22,101 bases of DNA from Myxococcota bacterium (lineage in GTDB: Bacteria; Myxococcota_A; Polyangia; Polyangiales; Sandaracinaceae), in the NCBI GenBank assembly GCA_036149055.1, contig JAYZQJ010000032.1, positions 1 to 22,101 of the forward strand, in the 5' to 3' direction. Positions 7,281 through 17,387 of this stretch are shown here, in pieces (position 1 is the stretch's first letter; each line of letters starts with the position of its first letter). Made by a program: the position numbers and the translations under genes. The notes below the pieces were generated by a model that saw only the letters and a program-made list of their open reading frames with translations, was not told where the DNA came from and ran no database searches.

Positions 7281-8663
7281 GTGCTCAGCCCTCTCGAAGC
7301 CGCGGTCGAGACCGTGCGGGCCCGCGGCCGTCACGGGCGACTGCCGCCCGGCCCGTCCGCGCCGACCGCGATCCAGACGGCGCAGTGGATCCGGACGCCG
7401 ATCCCCTTCGTCCGGCGCGCGCGGGCTCGCTACGGCGACACCTTCACCATGCGCCTGGTCGGCATGCCGCCCTTCGTGTCGCTGTCGACGCCCGAGGCCG
7501 TCAAGGAGGTCTTCACCGGCCCGAGCGACGAGCTCCACGCCGGCGAGGCCAACGTGATCCTCGAGCCGATCCTGGGCGAGCACTCGGTGCTGCTCCTCGA
7601 CGGCCCGCGGCACATGCGTCAGCGCAGGCTCCTGCTGCCGCCGTTCCACGGGCAGCGCATGCGTCAGTACGGCGAGACGATGCGCGACCTGACCATCGCC
7701 TCGATGGCGCGCTGGCCGCGCGGCCAGGTCTTCCCGGTCCACGAGCACACCCAGGCCATCACGCTCGACGTGATCCTGCGCACCGTCTTCGGCATGGAGG
7801 AGGGCGCGGCGCTGACCGAGCTGCGGGCCCGCCTCGGCGAGCTGCTCGACGGAGTCTCGAACCCGCTCCTGCTGGTGCCGGCGCTGCGCGTCGACCTCGG
7901 CCCGAGGAGCCCCGGCGGCCGCCTGCGCCGGCTGCTCGACGACGTCGACCGGATCCTCTTCGCGGAGATCCGCGCGCGGCGCGCCGAGGGCCGGGGTGAC
8001 CGCGAGGACATCCTCTCGATGCTGGTGGAGGCGCGCGACGAGGACGGCGAGCGCATGCTCGAGCAGGAGCTGCGCGACGAGCTGATGACCCTGCTCCTCG
8101 CCGGCCACGAGACCACCGCGACCTCGCTCGCCTGGACGCTGCACCGGCTCATCCGCCACCCGCAGGCGCTCGCGCGGCTGCACGCCGAGCTCGACGAGGC
8201 CTTCCCGGACGGAGAGATCGATCCCGACGCGGCCCGCGGCCTGCCCTGGCTCGACGCGGTGGTGAAGGAGACGCTGCGCCTGAACCCGGTGGTGCCGCTC
8301 GTCGGCCGCGGGCTGCAGCGCCCGATGACCTTCGGCGGGGTCTCGCTCCCCGCCGGCGTGATCGCGGTCCCGAACATCTACCTCACCCACCGCAACCCGG
8401 ACGTCTGGCCGGACCCGGATCGCTTCGACCCGCGCCGCTTCCTCGACGCGAAGCCGAGCCCCTACGGCTTCTTCCCGTTCGGCGGCGGGGTGCGCCGCTG
8501 CATCGGCATGGCGTTCGCGCTCTACGAGATGCAGGTCGTGCTCGCCACCGTGCTCCGCCACCTCACGGTCGAGGCCGCGCCGGGCGTCGACATCCGGCTC
8601 GTCCGCCGCAGCATCACCTTCGCCCCCTCGGACGGGATGCCGCTCATCGCGCGCGATCGGTAG
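7281..8663 (+). CDS. Cytochrome P450 (CYP110/CYP135-like)
   Basis: LPPGP N-terminal motif, I-helix LLAGHETTA, K-helix ETLR, PDRFDPRRF and heme motif FGGGVRRCIG. Start placed at GTG 7281. Confidence 0.93.
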   Translation: MLSPLEAAVETVRARGRHGRLPPGPSAPTAIQTAQWIRTPIPFVRRARARYGDTFTMRLVGMPPFVSLSTPEAVKEVFTGPSDELHAGEANVILEPILGEHSVLLLDGPRHMRQRRLLLPPFHGQRMRQYGETMRDLTIASMARWPRGQVFPVHEHTQAITLDVILRTVFGMEEGAALTELRARLGELLDGVSNPLLLVPALRVDLGPRSPGGRLRRLLDDVDRILFAEIRARRAEGRGDREDILSMLVEARDEDGERMLEQELRDELMTLLLAGHETTATSLAWTLHRLIRHPQALARLHAELDEAFPDGEIDPDAARGLPWLDAVVKETLRLNPVVPLVGRGLQRPMTFGGVSLPAGVIAVPNIYLTHRNPDVWPDPDRFDPRRFLDAKPSPYGFFPFGGGVRRCIGMAFALYEMQVVLATVLRHLTVEAAPGVDIRLVRRSITFAPSDGMPLIARDR

Positions 8664-10140
8664 TCGCGGTCAGCAGCGCCGCGGCCACGACCGGCAAGCC
8701 GGCGGCGGCGGCGCCGGCGAAGAGGAGCGCGAGGTAGCGGCCGAGCGAGCCGAGGGGCCACGGGCCGAGCGCGAGCCCGACCCAGGCGAGGGCCCCGGAG
8801 GCGGCGGCGAGCTGGCTCCAGCCGACGACGGCCGCGACCCGGGCGAGGCGGAGGCGTCCGCGCGCGAGCGGGAAGAGGAGCGCGCACGCGAGGACCGCGC
8901 AGCCCGCCCCGAGCAGGACGACCCGGATCACGTGGCGCGCCTGCGTGTCGATCGCCGAGAGCGAGAGCGGGCGACCGAGCGCGAGGTGGATCCCGAGCAA
9001 CAGGGCCGGCCAGAGCAGCAGCCCGAGCAGCACGGAGCGGTCGAAGCCGAACGCGCGCTTGATCGGGCCGAGCGCGGCGAACGAGAGCACCAGGACGAGC
9101 AGCAGCCCGAGGCGGCGGCGCTGCGAGAGCCGGGCGCGCGCGAGCGTCACCCCGCTCGAGACGACCGAGGCGTGGCGCAGGAGGCCGTCGTCGTCGATCG
9201 GCGCGGCGAGCAGCGCGGGCGGCGCCGCCCGGGTGGCGGAGCGCGGGCGAGGCACGCCGAGCCACGCTGACAGCGCCGGGGCGAGCGCCGCGGTCGGCAC
9301 CGGCGCATGGAGGGCTCGGGGCGCGAGGCCCGGCGCGCGCACCAGGAGCGGCGCCCGGGCGACCTCCGGCTCGAGGCCGCCGTGCCCGCCGCCGTCGACG
9401 TGGCCGTGATCGCTGAGCGCCACCAGCGCGACCCCCTCGAGCGCGGCCAGCCGCGCGAGCGTCTCGTCCGCGGCGCGCAGGGCGGCGCGGTGGGCCTCGC
9501 TCCCCAGGCCCCCCTCGTGGGCCGTGCGATCGACCGCGGTCAGGTGCACGACGAGCAGCCCCGGCGCGCCCTCCACCTCGCCCCCCTGGACCCCCAGCGC
9601 CTCCGGGATCGCCTCGTCGCCGCCCTCGGCCGGGCCGTGCATGCGCCGCATCCAGTCGAGGCCCTCGGCGTGGATCGTCACCGCGCCGCCGGCCGCGCGC
9701 ACCCGGTCCATCACCGAGTCGTGCCGCGCGGGGCCCGTGAAGCGGTTGCTCCGCACCCCCGACACGTCGGCCGGCACGCCGGTGAAGAGCGAGTGATGGA
9801 AGGGCCGGCTCAGCGTGGGCGCGTCGAGCGCGAGCTCGCCGGTCACCGCCTCCGGCGCGAGCCGACGCCAGCTCGAGAGCCGCGCCGCCTCGTCCCGCCG
9901 CAGCCCGTCGATCAGCAGGACCACGAGGCGGCCGGGCGCGCCGGGCGCAGGCGCGGGGCCGTCTCGCTCGAGCCGCCGCAGCGTCCTGCCCGCCTCGGGC
10001 TCGAGGTCCGCGGTCGCGAGCAGGCGCTCCGCCGACGCGAGCAATCCGAGCGCGGCGAGGAGCCCGAAGGCCGCCATCCAGCGCGCGACCCGCCGGGGAT
10101 CGACCGGGCGATCCGCCAGCTCGGCGACGCCTCCGCTCAC
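8644..10140 (-). CDS. Membrane-anchored alkaline phosphatase superfamily protein (N-terminal TM, catalytic domain, multi-TM C-terminus)
   Basis: [25 protein letters not shown] and LSDHGH..GGHGG motifs, then several hydrophobic segments. GTG 10140 overlaps the upstream TGA (GTGA); ATG 10077 is an alternative start. Confidence 0.78.
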   Translation of the reverse strand: MSGGVAELADRPVDPRRVARWMAAFGLLAALGLLASAERLLATADLEPEAGRTLRRLERDGPAPAPGAPGRLVVLLIDGLRRDEAARLSSWRRLAPEAVTGELALDAPTLSRPFHHSLFTGVPADVSGVRSNRFTGPARHDSVMDRVRAAGGAVTIHAEGLDWMRRMHGPAEGGDEAIPEALGVQGGEVEGAPGLLVVHLTAVDRTAHEGGLGSEAHRAALRAADETLARLAALEGVALVALSDHGHVDGGGHGGLEPEVARAPLLVRAPGLAPRALHAPVPTAALAPALSAWLGVPRPRSATRAAPPALLAAPIDDDGLLRHASVVSSGVTLARARLSQRRRLGLLLVLVLSFAALGPIKRAFGFDRSVLLGLLLWPALLLGIHLALGRPLSLSAIDTQARHVIRVVLLGAGCAVLACALLFPLARGRLRLARVAAVVGWSQLAAASGALAWVGLALGPWPLGSLGRYLALLFAGAAAAGLPVVAAALLTATTDRAR

Positions 10141-12383
10141 CGCCGGCGACGCGGCTTCGCCGACTGGTACTGCGGCGGGTACGTGACGTCGTGCTCGTCG
10201 AGCTCCTCGGCGGCGCGGAGCGTGAAGTAGGGGTCGCGCAGGTGCGGGCGAGCGAGCGCGACCAGGTCGGCGCGCCCCGCGAGCAGGATGGTGTTCACCT
10301 GGTCGTGGCTGGTGATGTTGCCGACCGTGAGCGTCGGGACGCCGACCACGTTGCGGATGCGGTCGGCGAACGGCGTCTGGTAGCAGCGCCCGTAGACCGG
10401 CTGGGCCTCGGGGGTGGTCTGCCCGGTGGAGACGTCGATGATGTCGCAGCCGCGCTCCTTCAGCGCCGCCGCCACCACCAGCGAGTCGTCGGAGTCGAAG
10501 CCGCCCTCCACCCAGTCGGTCGCGCTGATGCGCACGCTCATCGGCTTGTCCTTCGGCCAGACCGCGCGGCACGCGTCGAACACCTCGAGCGGGAAGCGCA
10601 TCCGGTTGTGCAGGCTGCCGCCGTAGTCGTCGTCCCGGCGGTTGCTCACCGGGGTGAGGAAGCTGGAGAGCAGGTAGCCGTGCGCGAAGTGGATCTCGAG
10701 CAGATCGAAGCCCGCCTCCTCGGCCAGCTTGGTCGAGCGCACGAACTGCGCGCACACCCGGTCCATGTCCTCGCGGGTCATCGGGCGCGGCGTCTGGTTG
10801 CGCGGCCCGTAGGGCACCGGAGACGGGCCGAGCACCTCCCAGTTGCCCCCGTCGAGCGGCTCGTCCATGCCCTCCCAGAGCAGCTTGGTGGAGCCCTTGC
10901 GGCCGGCGTGACCGAGCTGCATCGCGATCTTCGCCCGGCTGCGCGCGTGCACGAAGTCGACGACGCGCTTCCAGGCGTCGCGCTGGGTCTCGTTCCAGAG
11001 CCCGGTGCAGCCGGGGCTGATGCGGGCCTCGGGCGCGACGTTGGTCATCTCGGTGAAGACGAGCCCCGCGCCGCCGATCGCCCGCGAGCCGAGGTGCACG
11101 AGGTGCCACTCGTTGGGCACGCCGTCGTCGGCGCTGTACTGGCACATCGGCGAGACGACCACCCGGTTGTCGAGCTGCATCTCCCGCAGCGCGAACGGGG
11201 TGAACATCGGCGTGCGCGGCTTGGCGCCCTCGGGCGGCTGCGGCTGGCCGACGTGGTCGAGGTACCAGCGGTCGGCGTCCTCGACGAAGGCCTCGTCCCG
11301 CACCCGCAGGTTCTCGTGCGTGATGCGGCGCGACCGGGTCAGCAGGCTGAAGGCGAACGGCGTCGGCTCGAAGTGCCAGTAGCGCCGGACGTCCTCGAAC
11401 CACTCGAGGCTCTGCTGCGCGGCCTTCTGGGTCCGGCCGACCCACTGGCGCCGATCCTCCTCGTAGGCCGCGAGCGCGTCGGGCAGGGCCGCGTGCGCGG
11501 AGAGCGCGTCGGCGAGCGCGATCGAGTCCTCCATCGCGAGCTTGGTGCCCGAGCCCACCGAGAAGTGCGCGGTGTGCGCCGCGTCGCCGAGCAGCACGAC
11601 GTTCTCGAAGTGCCAGCGCGCGCACTTCACGGTCTGGAAGCGGATCCAGCTCGAGCGGTTCGCGAGCAGCGGCTGACCGCCCAGCTCCGGCGCGAAGAGC
11701 TGCTCGCAGTAGGCGATGCTCTCCTCGGTGCTCGCGGTGTCGAGCCCCGCCGCCTTCCAGCTCTCCTCGTCGGTCTCGACGATGACGGTGCTCGTCTCCG
11801 CCTCGAACTGGTAGGCGTGGATCTGGAAGATGCCGTGGTCGTTCTCGCGGAAGCTGAAGGTGAACGCCTCGAAGCTCGCCGGAGATCCGAACCAGATGTA
11901 AGGGCTCTTGCGCGCCTCCACGTGCGGCTCGAAGCGGTCGGCCCAGCGCCGCCGCGCCTTGCTGTTGACCCCGTCGGCGCAGATGAGCAGGTCCGCCTCG
12001 GCCTTCAGCCGCTCGAGGTCCTCGACCTCGGTCTCGAAGGTGAGCTCCACCCCGAGGTCGCGGGCGCGCTCCTGGAGGATCTGCAGGAGCCGCTTGCGGG
12101 ACATGCCGCAGAAGCCGTGGCCTCCGCTCCGGACGCGCGCGTCGCGATAGAAGATGTCGATCGAGTCCCAGTAGGCGAAGGACTCGGTGATCCGCGCGTA
12201 GACGACCGGGTCGGCCTCCTCGAGGTTTCCGAGGGTCTCGTCGCTGAAGACCACGCCCCATCCGAAGGTGTCGTCGGGCGCGTTGCGCTCGAAGACGTGG
12301 ATCTCGTGCGACGGATCTCGCAGCTTGAGCAAGATGGCCGCGTACAGGCCGCCGGGGCCGCCACCGAGGATCTGGATGCGCAA
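10137..12383 (-). CDS. abmA: Bifunctional salicylyl-CoA 5-hydroxylase / anthraniloyl-CoA monooxygenase-reductase (FAD monooxygenase + Old Yellow Enzyme domain)
   Basis: [26 protein letters not shown] and [21 protein letters not shown], followed by [17 protein letters not shown] and [19 protein letters not shown] lies 7 nt before TTG 12383. Confidence 0.9.
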   Translation of the reverse strand: MRIQILGGGPGGLYAAILLKLRDPSHEIHVFERNAPDDTFGWGVVFSDETLGNLEEADPVVYARITESFAYWDSIDIFYRDARVRSGGHGFCGMSRKRLLQILQERARDLGVELTFETEVEDLERLKAEADLLICADGVNSKARRRWADRFEPHVEARKSPYIWFGSPASFEAFTFSFRENDHGIFQIHAYQFEAETSTVIVETDEESWKAAGLDTASTEESIAYCEQLFAPELGGQPLLANRSSWIRFQTVKCARWHFENVVLLGDAAHTAHFSVGSGTKLAMEDSIALADALSAHAALPDALAAYEEDRRQWVGRTQKAAQQSLEWFEDVRRYWHFEPTPFAFSLLTRSRRITHENLRVRDEAFVEDADRWYLDHVGQPQPPEGAKPRTPMFTPFALREMQLDNRVVVSPMCQYSADDGVPNEWHLVHLGSRAIGGAGLVFTEMTNVAPEARISPGCTGLWNETQRDAWKRVVDFVHARSRAKIAMQLGHAGRKGSTKLLWEGMDEPLDGGNWEVLGPSPVPYGPRNQTPRPMTREDMDRVCAQFVRSTKLAEEAGFDLLEIHFAHGYLLSSFLTPVSNRRDDDYGGSLHNRMRFPLEVFDACRAVWPKDKPMSVRISATDWVEGGFDSDDSLVVAAALKERGCDIIDVSTGQTTPEAQPVYGRCYQTPFADRIRNVVGVPTLTVGNITSHDQVNTILLAGRADLVALARPHLRDPYFTLRAAEELDEHDVTYPPQYQSAKPRRRR

Positions 12384-12451
12384 TGCGGTTCCTCCGGGAC
12401 TGGGCTTATCGCGCCCGGCGCCCTCGCCCAAGGCGCTCTCTCACGTCCCGG

Positions 12452-12874
12452 TCACTCGACCGCGTCCACCCCGAGCAGCCGCGCCGCCTCCGCCGGGTCG
12501 GTGACCACGATCGGCGCGCCGCCGTCGTCCTGCCCGTGCCGCTGGACCTGCATCCGCCCCACCTGGCTGCGCACGAGGATCACGGTGCGCACCCAGCCGT
12601 GCAGGAAGCGCTTGCGGTGCGGGGCCAGCGCGCGCTCGAACTCGGGGTCGTTGCGGCCGGTCGCCCGGCGCAGATCGAGGAAGAGCTGGCGCGCGTCGCG
12701 CGGGAGCCGGTCGAGGATCCGCACCACGTCGGCGTGCACGTCGGAGACCTGCTGCGGCGTGTCGTAGCCGGCGGAGGTGCGGCGGGCCCAGACGATGGCC
12801 CCGTCGTCGACGATCTCGAAGTGGTCGTTCGCCACCAGCACCCGGCGGGTCCCCGGCCTCTGCCAGATCGTCAT
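12452..12874 (-). CDS. Small hypothetical protein, possibly STAS/SEC14-like fold
   Basis: 140-aa ORF filling the gap between co-oriented genes. LFLDLRRATGRNDPEFE and VVTDPAEAARLL resemble myxobacterial STAS/SEC14-like proteins (from recall). Confidence 0.65.
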   Translation of the reverse strand: MTIWQRPGTRRVLVANDHFEIVDDGAIVWARRTSAGYDTPQQVSDVHADVVRILDRLPRDARQLFLDLRRATGRNDPEFERALAPHRKRFLHGWVRTVILVRSQVGRMQVQRHGQDDGGAPIVVTDPAEAARLLGVDAVE

Positions 12875-12911
12875 GTCATCGGGGTAGCGCCTCTCCGCGA
12901 GGCGCGCACGG

Positions 12912-14576
12912 TCACTGGAAGTGCATCCGCACGCTGGCGCTCACCACGTTGAACTCCGCGTGGTAGGTGCCGGCGTTGACCGCGTTGCCGAAGCCCTGCG
13001 GGTAGCAGCCGCGGCTCGTGACCGGGTTCTCCGGGTCGTAGGCGGCCCCGCCCGGATCCGGGCACTGCCCCTCCATGCCGGTCGCGGCGACGTGCCGGTA
13101 GTTCGCGTCGGCGGCGGTGACCGTCTCGCTCCACTGGAAGATGTGGGCGTAGGCGATCGAGAAGTCGAAGACGTCGAAGCGGAAGGTCGCGCCGAGGTGC
13201 AGGCCCAGCCGCATGCCCGGCAGGACGTCCTGGATCTGGTAGCGCGAGCTCAGCCCGCTCGTCTCGAAGTGGGTGCCGGCGCGGAGCGCGACCGTGCCCG
13301 GGACCACGTTCCAGTCCGCGCCGAGGCGAGCGGAGAACTGATCGCTCCAGCCGTGGGGCAGCGGGAGCTGACCGGGCAGGGAGGCGTCGAAGCGGCTGAG
13401 GCAGCCGTCGGGGTCGTCCGAGCCGTCGGCCTCGCAGACGTTCGCCGCCGCGCCGGCCGGCGGGGTGACGACGAAGTCCTTCACCGCGCCGTTGTACGTG
13501 TAGACGAGGTCGAGCTCGATGTCCCAGACCTCGTTCTGCATGCGGTCCTCGACGCGCCCGGTGACCCGGCCCGCCTCCTCGGGATCGCGGTAGCGGCGCT
13601 CGGTTCGATCCGCGTAGCGCACGCCGAGCCCGAACTGCATCGGCAGCCCGGCCTGGAGCCGCGTCCCGGGCAGCTCGGTCCGGAGCGGGCGGAGGCTGCC
13701 GACCTGACCGGTCCCATACGTGCCGGTGGTGAGGTTCAGGGTCGCGCCGGCGTCGATGCCGTCGCTCACCCGCGCCATCAGCGTGATGTCGAGCTGATCG
13801 ATCGGCACGATGTGGGCGCTGAAGATGGCGGCGGGCACGAAGCCGTCGAAGGCCTGCAGGTGGGTGCGCACGTCGTCGCCCGGATCCTCGGGCCCGCTGC
13901 CGGCGCTGGTGTGGTTCACGAAGTCGACGACCGCGATGCCCCACTGGAGCGTCACGCCGAAGCTGAGCCACTCGACCGGGCTGTAGCCGACGCCGACCGA
14001 GGGATAGAACAGCAAGAGCTCCTGACTCACCAGCCCGTAGCGCGTGGGGGTCGGCAGCGTCTGCCCGTTCGCCTCGAGGGTGCCGTCGTCGTTGCCCCAG
14101 TGGCCGCTGCCCACGCCGGACGGCGCGAGGATGCCGAAGCCGATGCCGAGCTCCGGGAGCGGGTGCATGGTGAAGACGAGCTGAGGGCTCGGCCCGGGCG
14201 CGCCGCTGCGGCACACCTGCGGGAAGGGCTGGTTGACCCAGTTACCGGGATCGCCCGAGTCGGGCGCGCCGAAGCGGCTCTCGAACGCCCAGGTGCTCGA
14301 GACGTCGCTGTCGTCGTAGCCGCCCGCGCGGTCCACGCAGGCGTCGTAGAAGATGAGGTGGCTGCCGAGCTGGAGCTGGTAGCCGGGGAGGAACGCGAGG
14401 GCCGCGGGGTTGTAGCCGAGGGCCATCGGGTCGTCGGCGCGCGCCATGAAGGCGCCGCCGCGGCCGAGCGCGCGGGTGCCGGGCCCGGCGAACTCGAAGC
14501 CGCCCGCGTGCGCGAGGGTCGGCGAGAGCGACGTGAGGAGCAGCGTGAGCGTGGCGAGCGGCGCGCGAGAATTCAT
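12912..14576 (-). CDS. FadL/OmpP1/TodX family outer-membrane transporter for hydrophobic compounds
   Basis: Signal peptide ending AHA, N-terminal hatch AGGFEF..G.RALGRGGAF.A.ADD....YNPA, amphipathic beta strands, C-terminal VRMHFQ. Confidence 0.85.
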   Translation of the reverse strand: MNSRAPLATLTLLLTSLSPTLAHAGGFEFAGPGTRALGRGGAFMARADDPMALGYNPAALAFLPGYQLQLGSHLIFYDACVDRAGGYDDSDVSSTWAFESRFGAPDSGDPGNWVNQPFPQVCRSGAPGPSPQLVFTMHPLPELGIGFGILAPSGVGSGHWGNDDGTLEANGQTLPTPTRYGLVSQELLLFYPSVGVGYSPVEWLSFGVTLQWGIAVVDFVNHTSAGSGPEDPGDDVRTHLQAFDGFVPAAIFSAHIVPIDQLDITLMARVSDGIDAGATLNLTTGTYGTGQVGSLRPLRTELPGTRLQAGLPMQFGLGVRYADRTERRYRDPEEAGRVTGRVEDRMQNEVWDIELDLVYTYNGAVKDFVVTPPAGAAANVCEADGSDDPDGCLSRFDASLPGQLPLPHGWSDQFSARLGADWNVVPGTVALRAGTHFETSGLSSRYQIQDVLPGMRLGLHLGATFRFDVFDFSIAYAHIFQWSETVTAADANYRHVAATGMEGQCPDPGGAAYDPENPVTSRGCYPQGFGNAVNAGTYHAEFNVVSASVRMHFQ

Positions 14577-14625
14577 CGTGGTCCCATCCCAGCCGGCGAG
14601 GATACCCGCCTGTCCGCGAATGGGT

Positions 14626-15474
14626 CTACTCGGCCGGGCGCCAGCCTTCGTCTTCTTCCTCGTCCTCTTCGGTCGGCACCGGGCAGGCCGCCGGGCGGGT
14701 CACCCCGTCGACGTCGAGGCGCAGCCCGCGCCCGTTCTCGCTCGCGGCGGCGACGGCGACCCGCCGGATCTCCGCGTGCGCCTCCGCGTCGCAGCCGAGC
14801 TGCTCGACCTCGGCCAGCGCCTGCTCCGCCTCGTCGGGCTGCCCGAGGGCCTGCCGCGCGGCCGCCGTCCGGTAGAGCGCGTAGGCGTAGAGCGGGGTGC
14901 CGAGCTGCCCGAAGGCGAAGCGCCAGGCCGCGATCGCGTCCTCGTGCCGCTCCTCGGCGAACGCGATCTCGCCCCGCACCATCCAGGCGAGCGCGACGAG
15001 CTGACCGGACTGGGTGTGCCGCTCGGTGAAGCGCTCGGCGAGGCGGCCGGCGCTCCGGGCCCCGCTCTGCCACGCCATCCACATCTTCACGAAGGCGATC
15101 TCCGCGTGCAGGTTGCGGTCGCGGGAGCCGCGCACGGTGGCGGTCGCGAAGCGATCGGCGCGCCGCCGATGCCGCCGCGCCTCGCGCCCCTCGGCGTCTT
15201 GAGCCGCGAACATCAGCCCCACCACCAGGTCGCGCGTCGCCTGCCGCCGGTCCTGCCCGCGCGCCTCGGTCCGCGCCGCCTCGAGCTCGTCCAGCGACGC
15301 GCTCGGCCGCTGGAGCAGCGCGGTCGACTCCGCGCCGACCCGCTCGAGGAACGCCGGGGGATCGATCGACGCCTCCGCCGTCGGCGCGGTGCGCGCGGCC
15401 GGCGTCGCCCCGCCACAGCCATTCACGCCGCCGAGAATGCAGCCGAGCGCGAGCGTCGTCAGCCATCGTCGCAT
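14626..15474 (-). CDS. Putative lipoprotein with TPR-like helices
   Basis: ATG 15474 gives MRRWLTTLALGCILGGVNGC (lipobox-like). AWMVRGEIAFAEERHEDAIAAW and YAYALYRTAAARQALGQPDEAEQAL are TPR-like. Confidence 0.75.
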   Translation of the reverse strand: MRRWLTTLALGCILGGVNGCGGATPAARTAPTAEASIDPPAFLERVGAESTALLQRPSASLDELEAARTEARGQDRRQATRDLVVGLMFAAQDAEGREARRHRRRADRFATATVRGSRDRNLHAEIAFVKMWMAWQSGARSAGRLAERFTERHTQSGQLVALAWMVRGEIAFAEERHEDAIAAWRFAFGQLGTPLYAYALYRTAAARQALGQPDEAEQALAEVEQLGCDAEAHAEIRRVAVAAASENGRGLRLDVDGVTRPAACPVPTEEDEEEDEGWRPAE

Positions 15475-15480
15475 GCGGCC

Positions 15481-15486
15481 ACTGTA
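15481..15486 (-). promoter_or_regulatory. Candidate -10 element (TACAGT) 6 nt before ATG 15474, leaderless-type
   Basis: Minus strand cggTACAGTggccgcATG, no SD. Confidence 0.5.
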
Positions 15487-15527
15487 CCGTGAGGACGCGC
15501 GCCGTTCGCGGTGGATTCCCCGACAGC

Positions 15528-17382
15528 CTATCGAGCGGCCACGGTCTCGCGGGCGGCGGCGAGGCGCGCGCGGTGCTCGTCGTCGAGCTCCCCCGAGGCG
15601 AGCCGCGCGTCCACCGCGGCGAGGCCGGCCTCGCCGTAGACGTCGCGGAGGAGCGCGGCCGCCTGCTCGGACGTCGTCGGCCGCGAGGCCAGGTGCACGA
15701 GGTTCGGCAGCATGCGCGCGTCGTGCTTGGCGCTCGGGTCGACGCGCTGCGCGAGCGAGTAGCGCTGCACCGCCGCGGTCTCGAACCCCCGCGCGAGGAA
15801 GTGCTCGGCGAGCACGAGGTGCGACCGCGGATCGCTCCGGTGCTCGCGCACGTACTGCCGCAGCCGCCGCTCCGCCGCGCTCGAGAGCGGCCTCCCGGTC
15901 TCCACCACCCGCCGCCGCGCCGCCGACAGCGTCCCGTCCGCCGCCATCGCCGTCCAGGGATCCAGCGCCGGATCCGGCGCCCCCTCCAGCGCCTGGCCGT
16001 CGCCCACCCCGACGCCGGCCTCGGGCTCGGCGACGACCTCGGCGACGGGCTCGGATTCGGCGACGGACTCGGGTTCGGACTCGGTCTCGGTCTCGGATTC
16101 GGCTTCGGTCTCGGATTCGGCTTCGGTCTCGGATTCGGCTTCGGTCTCGGATTCGGTCTCGGCGACGGATTCGGCGACGGTCTCGGCGACCGACTCGGGC
16201 TCGGCGACGGCCTCGGGCTCGGACCCGGCGACGGCGCCGATCCAGCTCACGAACGGCTCCCGGTCCCAGAGCCCTTCCCGCTCCCCCACCCAGATCCCCG
16301 CCGCCGCCCCCGCCCCGATCAGCGCCACCCCGAGCAAGCACCCCATCGGCCCGCGCCGGGTCGGGATCCGGATCGAGTCCTCGCTCTTCGCCCGCGCGGC
16401 CGCCATCTGCGCCGGGGTCGCGGGCTCGGTGTGCTCCTCCTCGACCAGCGAGATGTCGGTCGTGATCAGCGGCCCCGAGGCGGGCCGGATCGCGGGCGTC
16501 GGCAGCGCCTCGAGCGCCGACTTCATCTCGCGCGCGCTCTGGTACCGCTCGCCCGGCGCCTTCGCCATCGCGCGCTCGAGGAAGTCGCGCAGCGGCGGCG
16601 ACGCGGCGATGGGCTGGCCCCCGAACCGAGAGCCCGGGGACGGGCTCGGTCAGGTGCGCGCGGATGACCTCGGGGATCTCGCCCACGTACGGCTTGCGGC
16701 CGGCGAGCATCTCGAAGAACACCACGCCCGCCGAGTAGAGGTCGGCGCGAGGATCCGTCGGCGCGCCGGTCGCCTGCTCGGGGCACATGTAGCTCGGCGT
16801 GCCGAACGCGATCCCGCTGCGGGTGAGCGCCGGCCGGCTCTCGGTCTCGGCCGCGTCCATCAGCTTCACGAAGCCGAAGTCGAGGATCTTCACGTGATCC
16901 GGATCGGTCGGCAGCTCGACGAGGAAGATGTTGCCCGGCTTGAGGTCGCGGTGCGCGAAGCCGCGGCCGTGGGCGTAGATGAGCGCGTCCAGGGTCTGGC
17001 CGAGGATGCGCCGCGCTCGCGCCTCGGGGACCGGGCCCGCGGCGATCAGCTCGGTCAGGGTCTGCCCCTCGAGCAGCTCCATCACGAGGTAGGGGTGCCC
17101 GTCGGCGGCGATGCTGTAGTCGGTGAGCGAGACGATGTTCGGGTGGCGGAGCGCGGCGAGCGCCTGGGCCTCGCGCTCGAAGCGCGGGCGCAACAGCTCG
17201 TGCTGCGCGTAGGGCGCCTGGAGCATCTTGATCGCGACCTCGGTGTCGAGCCGCAGGTGCTTGGCGCGGTAGACCCAGCCGACCCCGCCCTCGCCGAGGT
17301 GATCGACGAGCTCGTAGCGCCCCTCGAGCACCGTCCCGAGGGGCGGGCCCTCATCTTCTCCCGACACCGGCTCTTCGGCCAC
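15528..17382 (-). pseudogene. Membrane Hanks-type Ser/Thr protein kinase split by a one-base frameshift near 16618-16625 (pseudogene or sequence error)
   Basis: First frame: LGEGGVGWVY, VAIK, HRDLKPGN, DFG, GTPSYMCPEQ, DLYSAG. Subdomain XI (PPLRDFLERAMAKAPGERYQSAREM), a TM helix, acidic repeats and a TPR-like tail continue in another frame ending at 15528. The span is 1855 nt (3n+1). Confidence 0.85.
16087..16156. repeat. 18-bp coding tandem repeat (TCGGTCTCGGATTCGGCT), about 3.9 copies, encoding AESETE in the kinase extracytoplasmic linker
   Basis: Exact units at 16087-16104, 16105-16122 and 16123-16140, partial unit 16141-16156, within a longer degenerate Glu-rich tract. Confidence 0.9.
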
Positions 17383-17387
17383 GGCTC

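Noticed and set aside
10141..12261. 1205-aa ORF 8644..12261 as a giant fusion
   Set aside because: The upstream about 700 codons are an alternative frame of abmA with low-complexity Arg-rich translation.
7281..14576. P450 + flavin monooxygenase + FadL as a secondary-metabolite biosynthetic cluster
   Set aside because: No scaffold-forming enzyme (PKS, NRPS, terpene synthase, RiPP precursor) is visible, and the P450 is convergent with its own candidate promoter.
14626..17382. 918-aa kinase-lipoprotein fusion
   Set aside because: Produced by the frameshift near 16620. The middle is an off-frame RIRDRS repeat, and the lipoprotein has its own signal peptide and start at 15474.
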